Below the pieces are notes generated by a model. The model did no database searches. It was not told the DNA's origin and saw only the letters and a program-made list of their open reading frames with translations. This document shows positions 1-13,714 of a stretch of DNA of 64,000 bases, in pieces. The DNA comes from Octopus sinensis (lineage: Eukaryota): assembly GCF_006345805.1 (NCBI RefSeq), contig NC_043024.1:7068001-7132000 (forward strand), in the 5' to 3' direction. A program made the position numbers and the translations under genes. Positions within the stretch are counted from its first letter, which is position 1, and every line of letters starts with the position of its first letter.

Positions 1-94
1 GGTTTTAACTTTTCTCTTGAAGAACGAAGGCGCTAATAAAGAATTATCCAAAATTCTGACTTTCCCCATTTCTCAATATATACATATTATAATA

Positions 95-297
95 AGGCAG
101 CGAGCTGCTGGCGAAATGCTAAGCGGTATTTCGTCTGTCTTTACGTTCTGGGTTCAAATTCCGCCGAGGTCGACTTTGCCTTTCATCCTTTCGGGGTCGA
201 TAAGTTAAGTACCAGTTGCGTACTGGGGTCGATCTAATCGACTAGCCGCCTCCCCGCCCCAAAATTTCGGGGCTTGTGCCTAGAGTAGAAAAGAATA
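95..297 (+). mobile_element. tRNA-derived SINE, family A (central GCCTTTCATCCTTTCGGGGTCGATAA domain, MetaSINE-like)
   Basis: B-box-like GGTTCAAATTCC; the same ~200-bp unit recurs more than 20 times in the window. Confidence 0.85.
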
Positions 298-1328
298 TAT
301 ACATATATAATAAGAATAGGAAGGGTTTAGGCCATTGGTGAGCTAAACAAATAGGTATGCTAAGTGCTCCAATTGATAGGCTACAAGGATCCAAATTCCC
401 AACGGGGGATCGGGGGCTGAAGTTGGGGATCCGTAGCCTAGTTCCGATTCAGCGGGTATAAATTAAAGAGGAAAATAAGACCAGAGCTGGTCAAGTTTAT
501 CAGATTAATTGAATTGTTTTAATGGTGAATCGAAGCAAGCCAAAGTTATACACAGACACACACATAGAGTGTCGTAAAGTTACGTAATTAATAAGTCGGG
601 TCGCGACAACTGAAAGGGTTTCGAATCGTTGACTTAAAGCCACATGGCTTTAAACACAGCAGTAGGATATTGTCAATCTTGCCACATGTGGACCCAAAGG
701 AGCAGGGTCTAGGGGTTCAAACAGTTAACACAGCCCCGAACCCATCAGTGACTTACTAACTGGTCATCCGAAGAGCGAGAAATAGCAGCTAAATCTCCTC
801 TAAAGTTATTATACCGGCTTTAGAAAAAAATAAATAAACGAAGGATGCATGGAATAGTCTTTGAGAGAAAATAAGATAAAGACGGAATAGTCCCAAGTGG
901 AAGGTTTTTGAATCATAGCTCTGCCCAGCTACGACTGAGCATGAGGTTAACTCTTGATAATAAAAAGAATCGAACAAACCTCATCGTTTTGTTTTTGGTG
1001 GAGTTTCTCGGATTCTTAAAACACCGGTTTAAACAATAACAACGACATGGAACAACCGGATACGGTGTCAACCGAAATGTGTATCCTATGTAAAAAATGA
1101 CACGTGTACGCGATAACGAGGGGGATTTTTATGTGGTTGTTAGACATGTTAGAAATAGCAACCAAGTCTATCGAAAATTGCCTCCCAGCGTTTTATATTA
1201 AGAAAGAAGTGAAGTGGGTATGTATAATGTAGTTATCGATATGCAATGAAGACAGTTGGGACAGTCGTGTGTAGAGCGCCTTTAATTGTAAGTCTGGTAA
1301 ATAAAGTTTGATGTAAGACGAATAACAG

Positions 1329-1395
<67 letters not shown>

Positions 1396-1456
1396 ATCTA
1401 TTTAACTATCTATCTATCTAGCTGTTTATCTATCTATTTATCTATCTGTCTGTTTA

Positions 1457-1515
<59 letters not shown>

Positions 1516-1538
1516 TTGTCTATCTATCTGTCTGTTTA

Positions 1539-1584
<46 letters not shown>
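1329..1584. repeat. Compound (TCTA)n/(TC)n microsatellite
   Basis: Seen directly. Confidence 0.95.
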
Positions 1585-1744
1585 AATAATAGTTTTAAAA
1601 TATAACAATAGAAAACGACCTTGAAAATAATCTTTACATACATACTTCCTTTTCATTTATAATCCACATCTGCAGATATATATATATACTTATGTATGCG
1701 TGTGTGTGTTTGTGCACATGTATATATGCTTGAATATATCCTCT

Positions 1745-2185
1745 ATCTTCTACTTGTTTCAGCCATTAGGCTGCGGCCATGCTGGGGCACTGCCTTGAAA
1801 AATTTTTCAGTCAAATGAATCGACCCCGGTACTTACTTTTTTAAACCTGGTACTTCTTCTAGCAGTTTATTTTTGCTGAACCACTAAGTCACAGGGATGT
1901 AAACAAACCAACTCCAGTTGTCAAGCAGTGGTGGGAGACAAACACAAACACACTGACACACACACACACACACATGCACACACACACACACTCATACACA
2001 CACACACACTCACACACATACGCACACACGCACATACACGCACACGCATTATATAAACATGACAGGCTTTTTTCAATATTTTTCAGCTTTGGTTGACCCA
2101 GGGCTATAGTAGAAGACACTTGCCCAAGGTGCCACGCAGTGGGACTGAACCTGGAACCATGTGGTTGGTAAGCAAGCCACTCCTT
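1745..2185 (-). mobile_element. tRNA-derived SINE, family B (CORE-like ACCTTGGGCAAGT, internal (CA)/(TA) microsatellite)
   Basis: Reverse complement matches the copies at 17382-17805, 42113-42525 and 42652-43065. Confidence 0.85.
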
Positions 2186-2433
2186 GACTATGAGAGGATG
2201 AAAGGCAAAGTTGATGTCAGTGGAATTTGAACTGAGAACATAAAGATGGAAGAAATGTTGCTCAGCATTTTTGCCCAGCATGCTAACAGTTCTGCCAGCT
2301 GACCATCTTAGTTAGTATTATTATCATTGTTGTACCTGTTGTTGTTGTTGTTGTCTGGAGTGCTTAACAGACATTATAAAGTACTGGGTGGTGGTCACAG
2401 ATAATGTTTGGAAAACATTAGATAATATTTATA

Positions 2434-2782
2434 TTATTACCTCCGCCTTAGCAAGGCAGAGGTATTGTTTTCAGTCATGTTTGTTTGTTTGTCTGTGGAC
2501 AAGATATCTCAAGAACCACTGGATGGATTCAGATGAAACTTTCAGAGATGTTTAGCCTCATGATTAGATTTTGGGATCAATCTGATACAGGACAAGGATT
2601 CTGGATTATTTATCCTGTTTTTTTACTTAAATTTTGAGAGCAGTTGGGTTCATTATTAGTATTCTCATTTGTGAGAGCAATCGAGTTTATTTCAGATACT
2701 CACATTTTAAAAATCGTTTCTGGTTAATTGTTGAGAGGATGTTGGTACTGCCTTGGCGGTGGTTTGTACTCTCTGCGTGCTC
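2434..2782 (+). mobile_element. Non-autonomous Helentron/DINE-like element
   Basis: TTATTACCTCCGCC start, (GTTT)n microsatellite, subterminal inverted GGCGG(T)GGT and 3' hairpin; inverse copy at 12074-12392. Confidence 0.6.
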
Positions 2783-2798
2783 ATCATCATTATTATTA

Positions 2799-2850
<52 letters not shown>

Positions 2851-3075
2851 CTATTTTTCTATTAATTTTTTTTTGTCACAGTAAACAGAATTACCACATC
2901 ACCACCACCACCACCAACAACAACATCAACAACAACAAAACAACAACCACCACCACAACAGCAGTAACAACAACAGCAACAACAACAAAGATGTTTTTAT
3001 TTACCACTAGCTCAAAGCCAGTAACTAGGACAAATAATAATAATGATGATGATGATGATGATAATTATTATTATT

Positions 3076-3383
3076 TACATTATTTACATTGGACGGATAT
3101 TTGTCCTCATCTTGTTTGTTCTTAACACAACGTTTTGCCTGATTTCCTCTCCAGCCTTCATCAGGAGTCCTGGTAGAATTTTGAACCCAAACCTGGGTTC
3201 TCATTCCTAAAGTATTTTTTGCTGATGTTATTTCAATTATTATTATTTATTTATTTATTTATTTATTCATTTATTCAAGGCACTGCCTGGGCGCCTGATG
3301 AAGGCTGGAGAGTAAATCAGCCAAAACATTGTGGTAACAACAAACAAGATGAGGACACATATCTGCCCAATGTAAATAATGTA
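3076..3383. mobile_element. Fold-back element with ~90-bp inverted arms (3076-3165 / 3294-3383), each with a degenerate minimal hammerhead motif; probably Penelope pLTR-derived
   Basis: Arms are reverse complements; CTGATGA-AGGCTG...CAGCC-AAAAC in the right arm. Confidence 0.6.
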
Positions 3384-3417
3384 CAGAATACCTCATTTCT
3401 AAAATATAGAACAGAAT

Positions 3418-3448
<31 letters not shown>

Positions 3449-3483
3449 TTAAAATTATAATAAAACTGCTCATATCCTATGCA

Positions 3484-3739
3484 AAATCAAAAGATAGTGC
3501 TCATGGGAACTGCTCATATCCTACGCAGAATACTTTCTATGTAATCTCAAGTTTTAAAACAAACATAATTTTTGTATGTTATTTTTTTTTAGACATTTTG
3601 CTGATGAAACACTAAAAAAAACCCCAAATAGGCATAACAACCCAAAACAACAACACGAACTTCCAACCTGTTGTCTCTTGAGGTCTCTGGGTGAGACTTG
3701 GAGCCAGCTTGTGCAAATATAAAGCAAAAGTCAAACATA

Positions 3740-3741
<2 letters not shown>
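3484..3741 (+). mobile_element. 3' end of an RLE-type (R4/Dong-like) LINE, flanked by (AAT)n
   Basis: QKIVLMGTAHILRRILSM-stop plus a 3' UTR matching the reverse complement of 40067-40320. Confidence 0.85.
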
Positions 3742-3799
<58 letters not shown>

Positions 3800-4110
3800 T
3801 AATAATGATAATCCTTTCTACTATAGGCACAAGGCCTGAAATTTGGGGGAAGGGGATAGTCGATTACATCGATCCCAGTACTCAGCTGGTATTTATTTTA
3901 TTGACCCTGAATGGATAAAAGGCAAATTTAACATTGGAGGAAATTGAAATAAGAACATAGCAATGGGCAAAAAAGCATTTCACCTGATGTGCTAACGATT
4001 CTGCCAGCTCATCACCTTTATAATAATAAACCTTTCAACCATAGGCACAAGGCCTGAAATTTTGGAGGGAGGGGGGGCTAGTCCATTACATCAACCCTAG
4101 TATGTAACTG

Positions 4111-4413
4111 TGGATGCACATGGTCTAGTGGTTAGAGCAGCGGACTCGCGGTCAAGGGATTGCGGGTTCGAATCTCAGACCAGGCGATGCGTGTGTTTAC
4201 AAGCGAAACACCTAAGCTCCATGCGGCTCTGGCAGAAGGTAATGGTGAACTTCTGCTGACTCTTTCGCCACAACTTTCTCTCACTCTTTCCTCCTGCATC
4301 TTGCAACTCATCTGCAATGGATTGGCGTCCCTTCCAGGTGGGGAACCTATACACCAAGGAAACCGGGAAACCAGCCCTTATGAGCCAGGTGTAGCACAAA
4401 AAGGAACAAACAA
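4111..4413 (+). mobile_element. tRNA-derived SINE with V-domain-like segment, nested in a family A SINE
   Basis: A box TGGTCTAGTGG, B box GGTTCGAATCT, TGCAATGGATTGGCGTCCC segment; 13-bp TSD TAGTATGTAACTG at 4098-4110 and 4414-4426. Confidence 0.85.
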
Positions 4414-4774
4414 TAGTATGTAACTGGGACTTATTTCATTGACCCTGAAAAAATGAAAGGCAAAGTTGACCTCAGTAGAATTTGAACTCAGGACGTAGGG
4501 ATGGATAAAATACTGCTAAGCACTTTGCCTGGTATGCTAATGATACTACTAGCTCACCACCATATCTATATCCATATCTATAAAATTCTTTATCTCTCTG
4601 TCTGTCTGTCTTTTCCCTATGCCTCCTCAAATGGCTTGAACAAATCAAATGAAATTTTACAAGGTAATAGTATCAGACCCTATGAGTGGCATCATGTCAT
4701 TTTTATTTCATTTGGATTAAAACAACATAACATTGGCACTGGTTCGGTATTATGTGTCAGAAGTGAAAGAATAA

Positions 4775-5179
4775 GCTCTTTACTCTTTCACTTGTTTCAG
4801 TCATTTGACTGTGGCCATGCTGAGCACCACCTTTAGTTGAGCAAATCGACCCCCCCCCCAGGACTTATTCTTTGTAAGCCTAGTTCATATTCAATCAGTC
4901 TCTTTTGCTGAACAGCTAAGTTACGGTGATAGACACAGACACACAAACATGCACACACACACATACATACACATATACGACGAGCTTCTTTAGTTTCTGT
5001 CAATGAAATCCATTCACAAGGCTTTGGTCGGCCCGAGGCTATAGTAGAAGACACTTGCCCAAGGTGCCACGCAGTGGGACTGAACTTGGAACTATGTGGT
5101 TCCAAGTTCAGTCCCAATGCGTGGCACATTCGGCAAGCGTCTTCTACTATAGCCTCGGGCCGACCAAAGCCTTGTGAAT
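4775..5179 (-). mobile_element. Family B SINE whose head is folded back into a 168-bp palindrome (5012-5179)
   Basis: Sequence match to family B; inverted arms seen directly. Confidence 0.85.
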
Positions 5180-5689
5180 ATCAAATTGCCATATAAAATT
5201 GTAATGTGATATGATATTGTTTCACCTTTTATTCTTTTGCTTTTAATTCTAATGTGATAACATTAAGATCATCTTATTTCTATTGTATTTGAAATATGTA
5301 AATAATTTATATCCTAATGGGAACAGCATTACACATCAGCAACTTTCTGTCTTTACGGCCATGACAGTGGAATGGTGTGTCAGTGGCCGCAGCACATCAA
5401 GTGGAGTCTCAAGACAGAAGCAAGATGAGACTTTCCCAAATCAGCAAAGGGATGCTGCAACACTTAATGCAGAACCATTAAAACAACATTTCCACGATTA
5501 GACAGAGGTCCAACAGAACAGCTCTGAGAAACAGATTAACTACAAATTGATTCTTCACAATTTTTGGAGCTGCTTTCATATATAATCCATCTTATTCTTA
5601 TAAAAAGGATAATTTTGTCCAAATTGGTGTGCTTGTAGCAGCACAAGCAGTCAGCACCATATTGCATGAGATTTTGTGGCAGCCATTGC

Positions 5690-6430
5690 CATCCCCAAGA
5701 CTGGAGCAAGACCTCACCTGCATCCATTTGCTATGCGCAAGATCACAACGAGGATCACGATGGCAGACTGGATATAAGGGCCCAGCAAAAACAGATTCAT
5801 TCTCTTTTCACCACAAGCGCTTGCTGAGCACACTTCACTGGCTGGGTCTCCAAGCTAGTCCTGTCAGCATGTTGTATCTCCAGAGGCAATGGGCCCGTGT
5901 TAACGGAGATACAACGAAACGCACACAGCTTCAGATGGTATGCTGAGAGCAACACACTTCACCTATTCTGTGAAACTTGTAAATAAACCAGTTGTAAATG
6001 GCATTTGTACTTAAAGACTTCTTTCTTCGCCTGCTGGAACCTGAACTACATGAAGAACAATATTTAATGGGAGAAGGCGATATTCTCCCGATATTGTAAA
6101 CCTTGCCTCCCATTATAAACTCAAATTGTCATTTCTTCAAAGCTTTAACATTTCCAAATGGCATGTGCTGCTCAGGCGGTCAGGTAACATTGCCAGCACT
6201 ACCAGCTCCTTCTCAACCTCTTATGGATCTCCTGGAAGGCACTTTCATCCAGTCAAAGGTTTTTCTGAACAATATCAGACAATACAACTCTACATTTCTT
6301 AGGAGATAGTTGAACATGGATTAACGCCAGCATTCAAAATTTAAGAGGAAGTCTATCACCTCATTGCTTCCCTGTTACCGCAAATGAACTACTGCAGTTC
6401 CTCCAAATCTACTTTATGGGTGATGTAGGA
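5690..6430 (+). mobile_element. Decayed Helitron Rep/helicase N-terminal region
   Basis: GMCCSGGQVTLPAL...PLMDLL...SKVFLNNIRQYNSTF followed by FKI*EEVYHLIASLLP and LQFLQIYFMGD, typical Helitron RepHel N-terminal motifs; stops and frameshifts. The 5' boundary is approximate. Confidence 0.8.
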
Positions 6431-6737
6431 CAACAAACCCAAAGGAGGTATCAAAACTTCAGACAATGGGTTGTTACTTGCAGCGCTGACTGCTGCAAGG
6501 GAGAGTATATCCACTGACAGCTTTGCAGTGCATTAAAAAATCACGTACCCTCACCCCTAATTTTCGATGACAGGTTAGGGCCTGGAATACTCTAAACGGA
6601 TGCATGACATGTCACTTAGTCAAATTAGCCCATCATTTGCTCCACAAATGTTTGATTGTCAATGCTGCACTTTCCAGTCTCAAACTATGCAATTTTAATC
6701 CAGAGGAACGCTGGGTATCTCTACTAGTATCATCATC

Positions 6738-6777
<40 letters not shown>

Positions 6778-6786
6778 TAATGAAAA

Positions 6787-7180
6787 GGAAAAAGAAGTAA
6801 AGATAATGGATGTTGCAATACCAGGCGATTCGAGGGTGAAATGTAAGGAAACAGAAAAGATTGAGAAATACCAGCCACTGCGGGACAAGATGGGAAAGTT
6901 ATGGGGCATGAGGAAAGTAATGGTGATACCAGTGGTAATTGGAGCATTAGGAGCAGTTTCCAAGGGCTTTGACAAACATATTAAGACTATTGGAGCTGCT
7001 GTCAGGCTCAAGGTGATCCAGAAGGCAGCATTGTTGGGTACAGCTTGCATTCTAAGGAGAGAATTGTCTCTTTGAGTCACAGGAGAAAGCACCACTTGAA
7101 ACCTTTCATTTGTTATTGCCTGCTTTCAAGTAAAGATTAACCGGTAATTAAGAACTATCTGAGAGTCTTTCTGAAATAAC
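6787..7180 (+). mobile_element. RLE-type LINE 3' fragment
   Basis: DVAIPGD...KIEKY...PVVIGALG...QKAALLGTACILRR endonuclease C-terminus; preceded by (AAT)n. Confidence 0.9.
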
Positions 7181-7627
7181 AACAATAATAATAATTTCTT
7201 CTATTTGCTACAGGGGCAAAGATGAGGGGAGGATATCACAAGGATGGTCTATAATTTGTGTAAGCAATTACATAAAAGATGAGAAGAAAGAAAAGGAGAA
7301 CACAGTGAGATGAGAGGAAAATAAACAGAGCATAGAAAATATCTTATAATAATCCTTTCTGTTATAGTCAGAAGGCCAATAATTTTAAGGGGAAGGGCCC
7401 AGTTGATTACATTGACCCCCAGTGACTGGTACTTATTTTATGACCCTGGAAAGGACGAATGGTAAAGTCAGTTTTGGAGGGATTTGAGCTGGGGACATGG
7501 AGCTGGGAAAAGTGCCATTTAGCAATTTGTAGTTTGTTGCCTTAAGACATAGACAATAACAATAACAAAAATAATAATGACAATGATAATGATGATGATG
7601 GTGGTGATGATGATGGTGTTGCTGCTG

Positions 7628-7659
<32 letters not shown>

Positions 7660-8065
7660 GGTAGTGGTGGTGGTGGTGGTGGTGTGGTGGTAGTGGTGGT
7701 GGTGGTGGTGGTAGTGGTGGTGGTGGTGGTGGTGGTGGTGATGATGAAGATGATGGCAACAATGACAACGACGATGGCAATGATGATGATGATAATGATG
7801 ATAAAAAGGAGGAAGAAGATGAAAGGCGGAGGAAAACGGTGGTGATGGTGATGGTGCCGGTGTGTGTGTAAATGTGGGGTAGGGTGGTGGTGCTGATAAT
7901 CTGCTGTTAATCTCCAGTTTCAAATCTGTATTGTAAATCCGGATTGATCTCTTAATCTGCTTCAAAGTATGATCTCTTGTACATTATAGGGAGTCAATAT
8001 GTCTGCGAAAGACAACAGCTGGCCTGAGCTCTCTTAGTTAAAATCTACCCATGTCTATCACTTTG

Positions 8066-8098
<33 letters not shown>

Positions 8099-8112
8099 AT
8101 ATTTATCAATGC

Positions 8113-8196
<84 letters not shown>

Positions 8197-8251
8197 ATAT
8201 ATGTATATATATATTATATATATATTATATATATATATATTATATATATAT

Positions 8252-8307
<56 letters not shown>

Positions 8308-8397
8308 TATATACATATATATATATATATACATGTATATATATATATAAAGTGTAAGCATGAATGTATGTATGTATACACACATATATATATATTC

Positions 8398-8835
8398 TTT
8401 TATTCTTTTATTTGTTTTAGTCATTTGACTGTGGCCATGCTGGAGCATAGCCTTTAGTCGAGCAAATCAACCCCAGGACTTATTCTTTGTAAGCCTAGTA
8501 CTTATTCTATCAGTCTCTTTTGCCAAACCGCTAAGTGACAAGGACGCAAACACACCAACATCAGTTGTCAAGCGATGTTGTGGGAACAAACACAGACACA
8601 CAAACATGCACACGTGCGTGCGTGCGTGCACACACACACACACACACATACAACACACACACACACACATATATACATATATAATGGGTTTCTTTCAGTT
8701 TCTGTCTACCACTCACAAGGCTTTGGTCGGCCCGAGGCTATAGTAGAAGACACTTGCCCAAGGTTCCATGCAGTGGGACTGAACCCGGAACCATGTGGTT
8801 GGTAAGCAAGCTACTTACCACACAGCCACTCCTCT
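8398..8835 (-). mobile_element. Family B SINE
   Basis: Full-length match to the other copies. Confidence 0.85.
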
Positions 8836-8879
<44 letters not shown>

Positions 8880-8935
8880 AGGGAGAATTCACAAAAAAAA
8901 ACAAATGATGAAGACTGGTGGTGTAGACAACAAAC

Positions 8936-8973
<38 letters not shown>

Positions 8974-9384
8974 TATATATACACACACACACACTTACAC
9001 ACTCAAAGACACACAAACACACACACACATGTCAATCTGTGTGTGTGTGTGTGGAAATATAGATGTTAGAATCAATAGAGCATCGGACAAGTAAGCTTAT
9101 ATTTGATTACTTTCCTTTGTATCCAGTGTTGAAAGCTTACCTGGGTCCCAGGTGGTACACACTCTAGCTTATTGGTTCTTTACCATTTTTTGCTTGTGCA
9201 CCCTTTAGATTCCTGTTTTACTCTACTGGACCCTCATAGCCACTCAATATTTCAAAAAATCCCCATTATATCTTTGTAAATAAATATCATTAAGAATTCT
9301 ATGAAAGAAATCATTGAAATATTTTTTGTATTTTCCTACGTTTCCCTCTAAGATCATCCTACCAGGGTTTTATTCTCATTCAAC

Positions 9385-9605
9385 GCAGCAGCTCTGGGCT
9401 GGAAAAGGCCTTGTAGCATGCTCCACATGGCTGGACATGATTAGGAAAGGTCTCCAGAAGCTCAACATCACCTTGGAGCGTGCAGAGGAGCTGGCATGGA
9501 ACCGCCAGCAATGGAGAGCACATGTGGATTTTGTTGGCTTAATGCATTATGATGTCTCTGGGACCACTAACCTGGGATGACCCCCCTAACTCCATCAAGC
9601 AAGAG
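9385..9605 (+). mobile_element. RTE-like LINE 3' remnant
   Basis: TWLDMIRKGLQKLNI...ELAWNRQQWRAHV resembles RTE ORF C-termini. Confidence 0.5.
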
Positions 9606-10679
9606 CATGAAGCAAGCAACCAATTTATTGTACATAAACTTCAAGGTATTCCTTTTCCTTTTGATCTACAACTTCAAGGGTGATTCCTTTAGGTTAGGTT
9701 TTAGTTTCTTTACGTTTCAAAACTCGCAGCTGCCAAACTTGTATGGTCTAAGCACTTATCTTAATTCTCGACTAAAGGTGGTGCTCCAGCATGGCCGCAG
9801 TCAAATGACTGAAACAAATAAAAGAATAATAGAAAAAGAATAAACTATTGAAAAGGTTGCAGGACACAACGAAAATTTTAGAAAAATAAATAAGTATATG
9901 AGTGGAAACTTTACCGGTGCGTGTGTTAAATAATAAGGCACTAAAAGAGAATGACTCTCCCCAGACAGAACAAAACATGCTTCAACACACGAACTCACAT
10001 AAAGAATCTTGCAAACTAAATCCAAAAATGAAATCAAATAGTAAGAAGTTTTCAAAAAATTCATTTACAATACTATGTACAAAAGAGTTTATTGTAAGAA
10101 ATCTTTTGCCAACATCTTAAAGGTTTTTAGAAATTGAGAAGTAAACTAAAAAGTAAAGTTGTAGATCACGCGCCAAAGTAGCACCAACTTTAACAAAATA
10201 TGTTATATGGACCCTTAAGGGTCATATGGACCCCCAGGGGTCACATGGGCTCCGGTTGAGGATTCTTCAGGTTAATGGAATTAGTCAGCCTGAAAAGGCA
10301 GTAAATCTAAAAGACAGTCAGAAAACAAACTTGAAACTTTTGCTACTTTGAGAGTGAATTCTGATGATCAAATCTGGATTTGGAGACCCCAAGAGTATCT
10401 AACGTTGATTTTACATTTGTGAGGACAGTGGTGACGTTCTTTCTGGGCCCTTGCCCTTTGGACAATATCCTGTGGTATGATGTGGGAAAGGCTTGTTGTA
10501 CGGGCAACTGAGGGTTTTGTATGTAATCGTATCGAGGTGTACATCCCTCACTTCGGAGAGGATTCTCATGCGACGTCTCATTGTCACGACACATTCTCCG
10601 ATATGGATCATTTCTCAATTTATTTCATTCATACACGCATACATACATACATACATACATACATACATACATACATACA

Positions 10680-10713
<34 letters not shown>

Positions 10714-11886
10714 CGCATAAATACAAACACACATAAACAAATACACACGCATACATACAAATATACATAACATACACACAAATACACACACTAGAAACGT
10801 ATATACATACATACATACACATAAATACACACTCATAGATATACACACACATAAATACAAACACACACGCACACACACACACTACATATACACAGATACA
10901 AATTTACAGACAAAACGCCTACGTCTAAGCACACGCTCACCAGATACATATGTACAACGTACATGCTAAAATACAAAACATGCATGTACACATCGGTAAA
11001 CACATCACGTATACATATGCACTGATAGAGAGAAGTGTCCACATCTTCATAAACACACACCTCATACACATCAAACATGAGTACATACATAATTCATGCA
11101 TAATTCATGCACACACCCATACGTCCATACATGCACTCACAGAAGTACATAGAAGTACACAGACATCCTTCACATTGAACATGAAAGAGGCTCGATTACT
11201 TCGTTAGCAACTGACTTTGATATCCAACTCCGAATGTAAACAACATTTCAAGTACAAAGTAAGTAATCGCCATTTATATCAAAGAGATATTCGCAGACGA
11301 TAAAAGGTTATCTTTCTATCGAATGTATATTTATTTGGACAAGTCAAACAGATTAACTCAGTGTATATATTTGAAAAAGGTAGTTCGTCCAAGTTTAATC
11401 AATGAAATATTTTTGGTTTATATTTGTCTATCATATCTAGCAAAGACTAAACAACTATATTATCGGATCAAATGTTTGTTTTTAGACAGAAACTTCATTT
11501 TAAAATGGCAGCCATATCAAACGAGATAAACTGGCTTTGCAAGTTCGTTTGTATTGCATGATCATAGGTCTACTTGCTTAGGGTTGACCTGGCGTTAAAT
11601 AATAACATATCCTTTGATATGGACCAATTTATACATGGAATAGGTGAAAGTGATTTAATTGGCATTGGTATTTTAGTCGGATTTATTTTGTCTGCAAACG
11701 GAAATCAAGTCAAAGAAATGTCATGAAATATAGTTAAATCGGGCATTGCTGTAGAAAAAGAGTCTAAAATTATCTGGTGGGCTAAAAAGTGGTAGTTTTT
11801 CTTTGGATGTGTATGTTTTACGGATTTAAAGATTACGAATATGCAATAAATAACTCCTCCTCCTCATACTACTACTACTACTACTA

Positions 11887-11930
<44 letters not shown>

Positions 11931-11983
11931 TTACTACTAGTACCACGACGACTACGGCCACCACCACCACCACCACCACCACC

Positions 11984-12053
<70 letters not shown>

Positions 12054-12073
12054 ATAATAATAATAATAATAAC

Positions 12074-12392
12074 AAGAGCATTTAGAGAGCGCAAACGATT
12101 AGCCAGAGATGATTTTTAAAATGAGAATATCTGAAATAAACTCAACTGCTCTCACAAACGAAAATACTAAAAATGAACCTGACTGCTCTCAAAAGTTAAG
12201 TAAAGATAAAAAAAGTAGTCCAGAATCCTTATCCGGTACCAGATTGATCCCCAAATCTAATTAGTTCGTGCCAGTCCCGAGGCCAACCATCTCTAAAAGT
12301 TACATTCGAATCCATCCAGCGGTTCTTGAGTTATCTTGTCTACGGACAAACAAACAAAAAAAAAACTGAAAAAAATATCTTAGCGAAGGCTA
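12074..12392 (-). mobile_element. Non-autonomous Helentron/DINE-like element, second copy
   Basis: Reverse complement of 2434-2782. Confidence 0.6.
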
Positions 12393-12408
12393 ATAATAAT
12401 AATAACTG

Positions 12409-12714
12409 CATCAACAGTGAAAGAAGAAACATGGCAGTATATTTGGTAAAGAGCAAAGAAGACCTGCTACAGTATGCTGCTAGAGAAGAAGGAGTAACAA
12501 AAATGGACTTGAGAGTGCTCATGAATTCGGGACAAGAACAGCCAACGAGAGAAAGAAGAAACCCTACTCTGTATGGAATTACATGGTCAGTTCCACCGTG
12601 AAACCAACAAATTAAAAGACCAGGGAGAATTATGGAGGTGGTCCCAGAAGGGTGACCTAAAAAAGAATACTGAAAGCCTAATCATCGCGGCCCAGGACCA
12701 GGCATTGAATACCA
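12409..12714 (+). mobile_element. RLE-type LINE internal fragment
   Basis: LHGQF...W...GDLKKNTESLIIAAQDQALNTN, homologous to segments of 40261-41031 and 54264-55109. Confidence 0.85.
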
Positions 12715-13228
12715 ATGTTAAACATGGAGGAGGATCTGTGATGATCTGGGGGGGGGGGGCTATATCTCGGAAATCTACCGGCCCAATGGTTTCTCTTCAT
12801 GGCAAAGCATTTTATCTGATCAAAATTAACCAATGGTTGCGGAACTATTTCCGGAGGGAAACCCAATCGTTCAGGATGATAACGCACCAATTCACACAGC
12901 TAAAGTTGTTATTGAATGGCATGAGGAACATTATAGTGAAGTTGAACATCTTATCTGGCCACCACAGTCCCCAGATCTCAATATTATTGAACATTTATGG
13001 TGCATTTTAGAAAAAAAAGTAAGGAGTCGATATACTCCACCATCATCACTACAAAAACTGGAGACTGTTTTAGCTGAAGAAGGGACAAAAATTCCTTTGG
13101 AAACGATTCAAACTTTGTACGAGTTCATACCTCGTGGAATTCAATTACTGCCAAAGGCGGTCCTACCCCATATTTAAAATAGATTTGTTTGAAATTTTAA
13201 GGTGTTTCCATTATTTTGTCCAACCCCT
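12715..13228 (+). mobile_element. Tc1-family transposase 3' half with right TIR
   Basis: VKHGGGSVMIWG, QDDNAPIH, WPPQSPDLNIIEHLW motifs; ends CAACCCCTG|TA. Confidence 0.92.
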
Positions 13229-13253
13229 GTATGTATGTATGTGTGTATATATA

Positions 13254-13369
<116 letters not shown>

Positions 13370-13540
13370 CTTTTATTACTTTTATTCCTACCTCAGTTCA
13401 TCTAATTATATATATTTATCGTTACTTTTCATAAAAGCCTTTATTTTTCGATTTCCAATGTGCATTTTCGCTTATTTTTCTTCTTACTGTCCCCTTACAT
13501 TTCCACGTGTAGTTTCTATTTACTTTTTGTAACATATTTC

Positions 13541-13589
<49 letters not shown>

Positions 13590-13714
13590 AACATAATAAA
13601 ATAGGGTAATAATAAATTATTATTACCAGTGGCATTATGTTTAAATATTGTATGATAAACCGTTAGCTCTACGTGTGGATCTGGCGGTCTGTATATCTGA
13701 TACCTAAAGGCTGT

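Noticed and set aside
4111-4190. tRNA gene
   Set aside because: A and B boxes are present, but it is the head of a SINE with body, tail and TSD; the same applies to 17962 and 20245-20320
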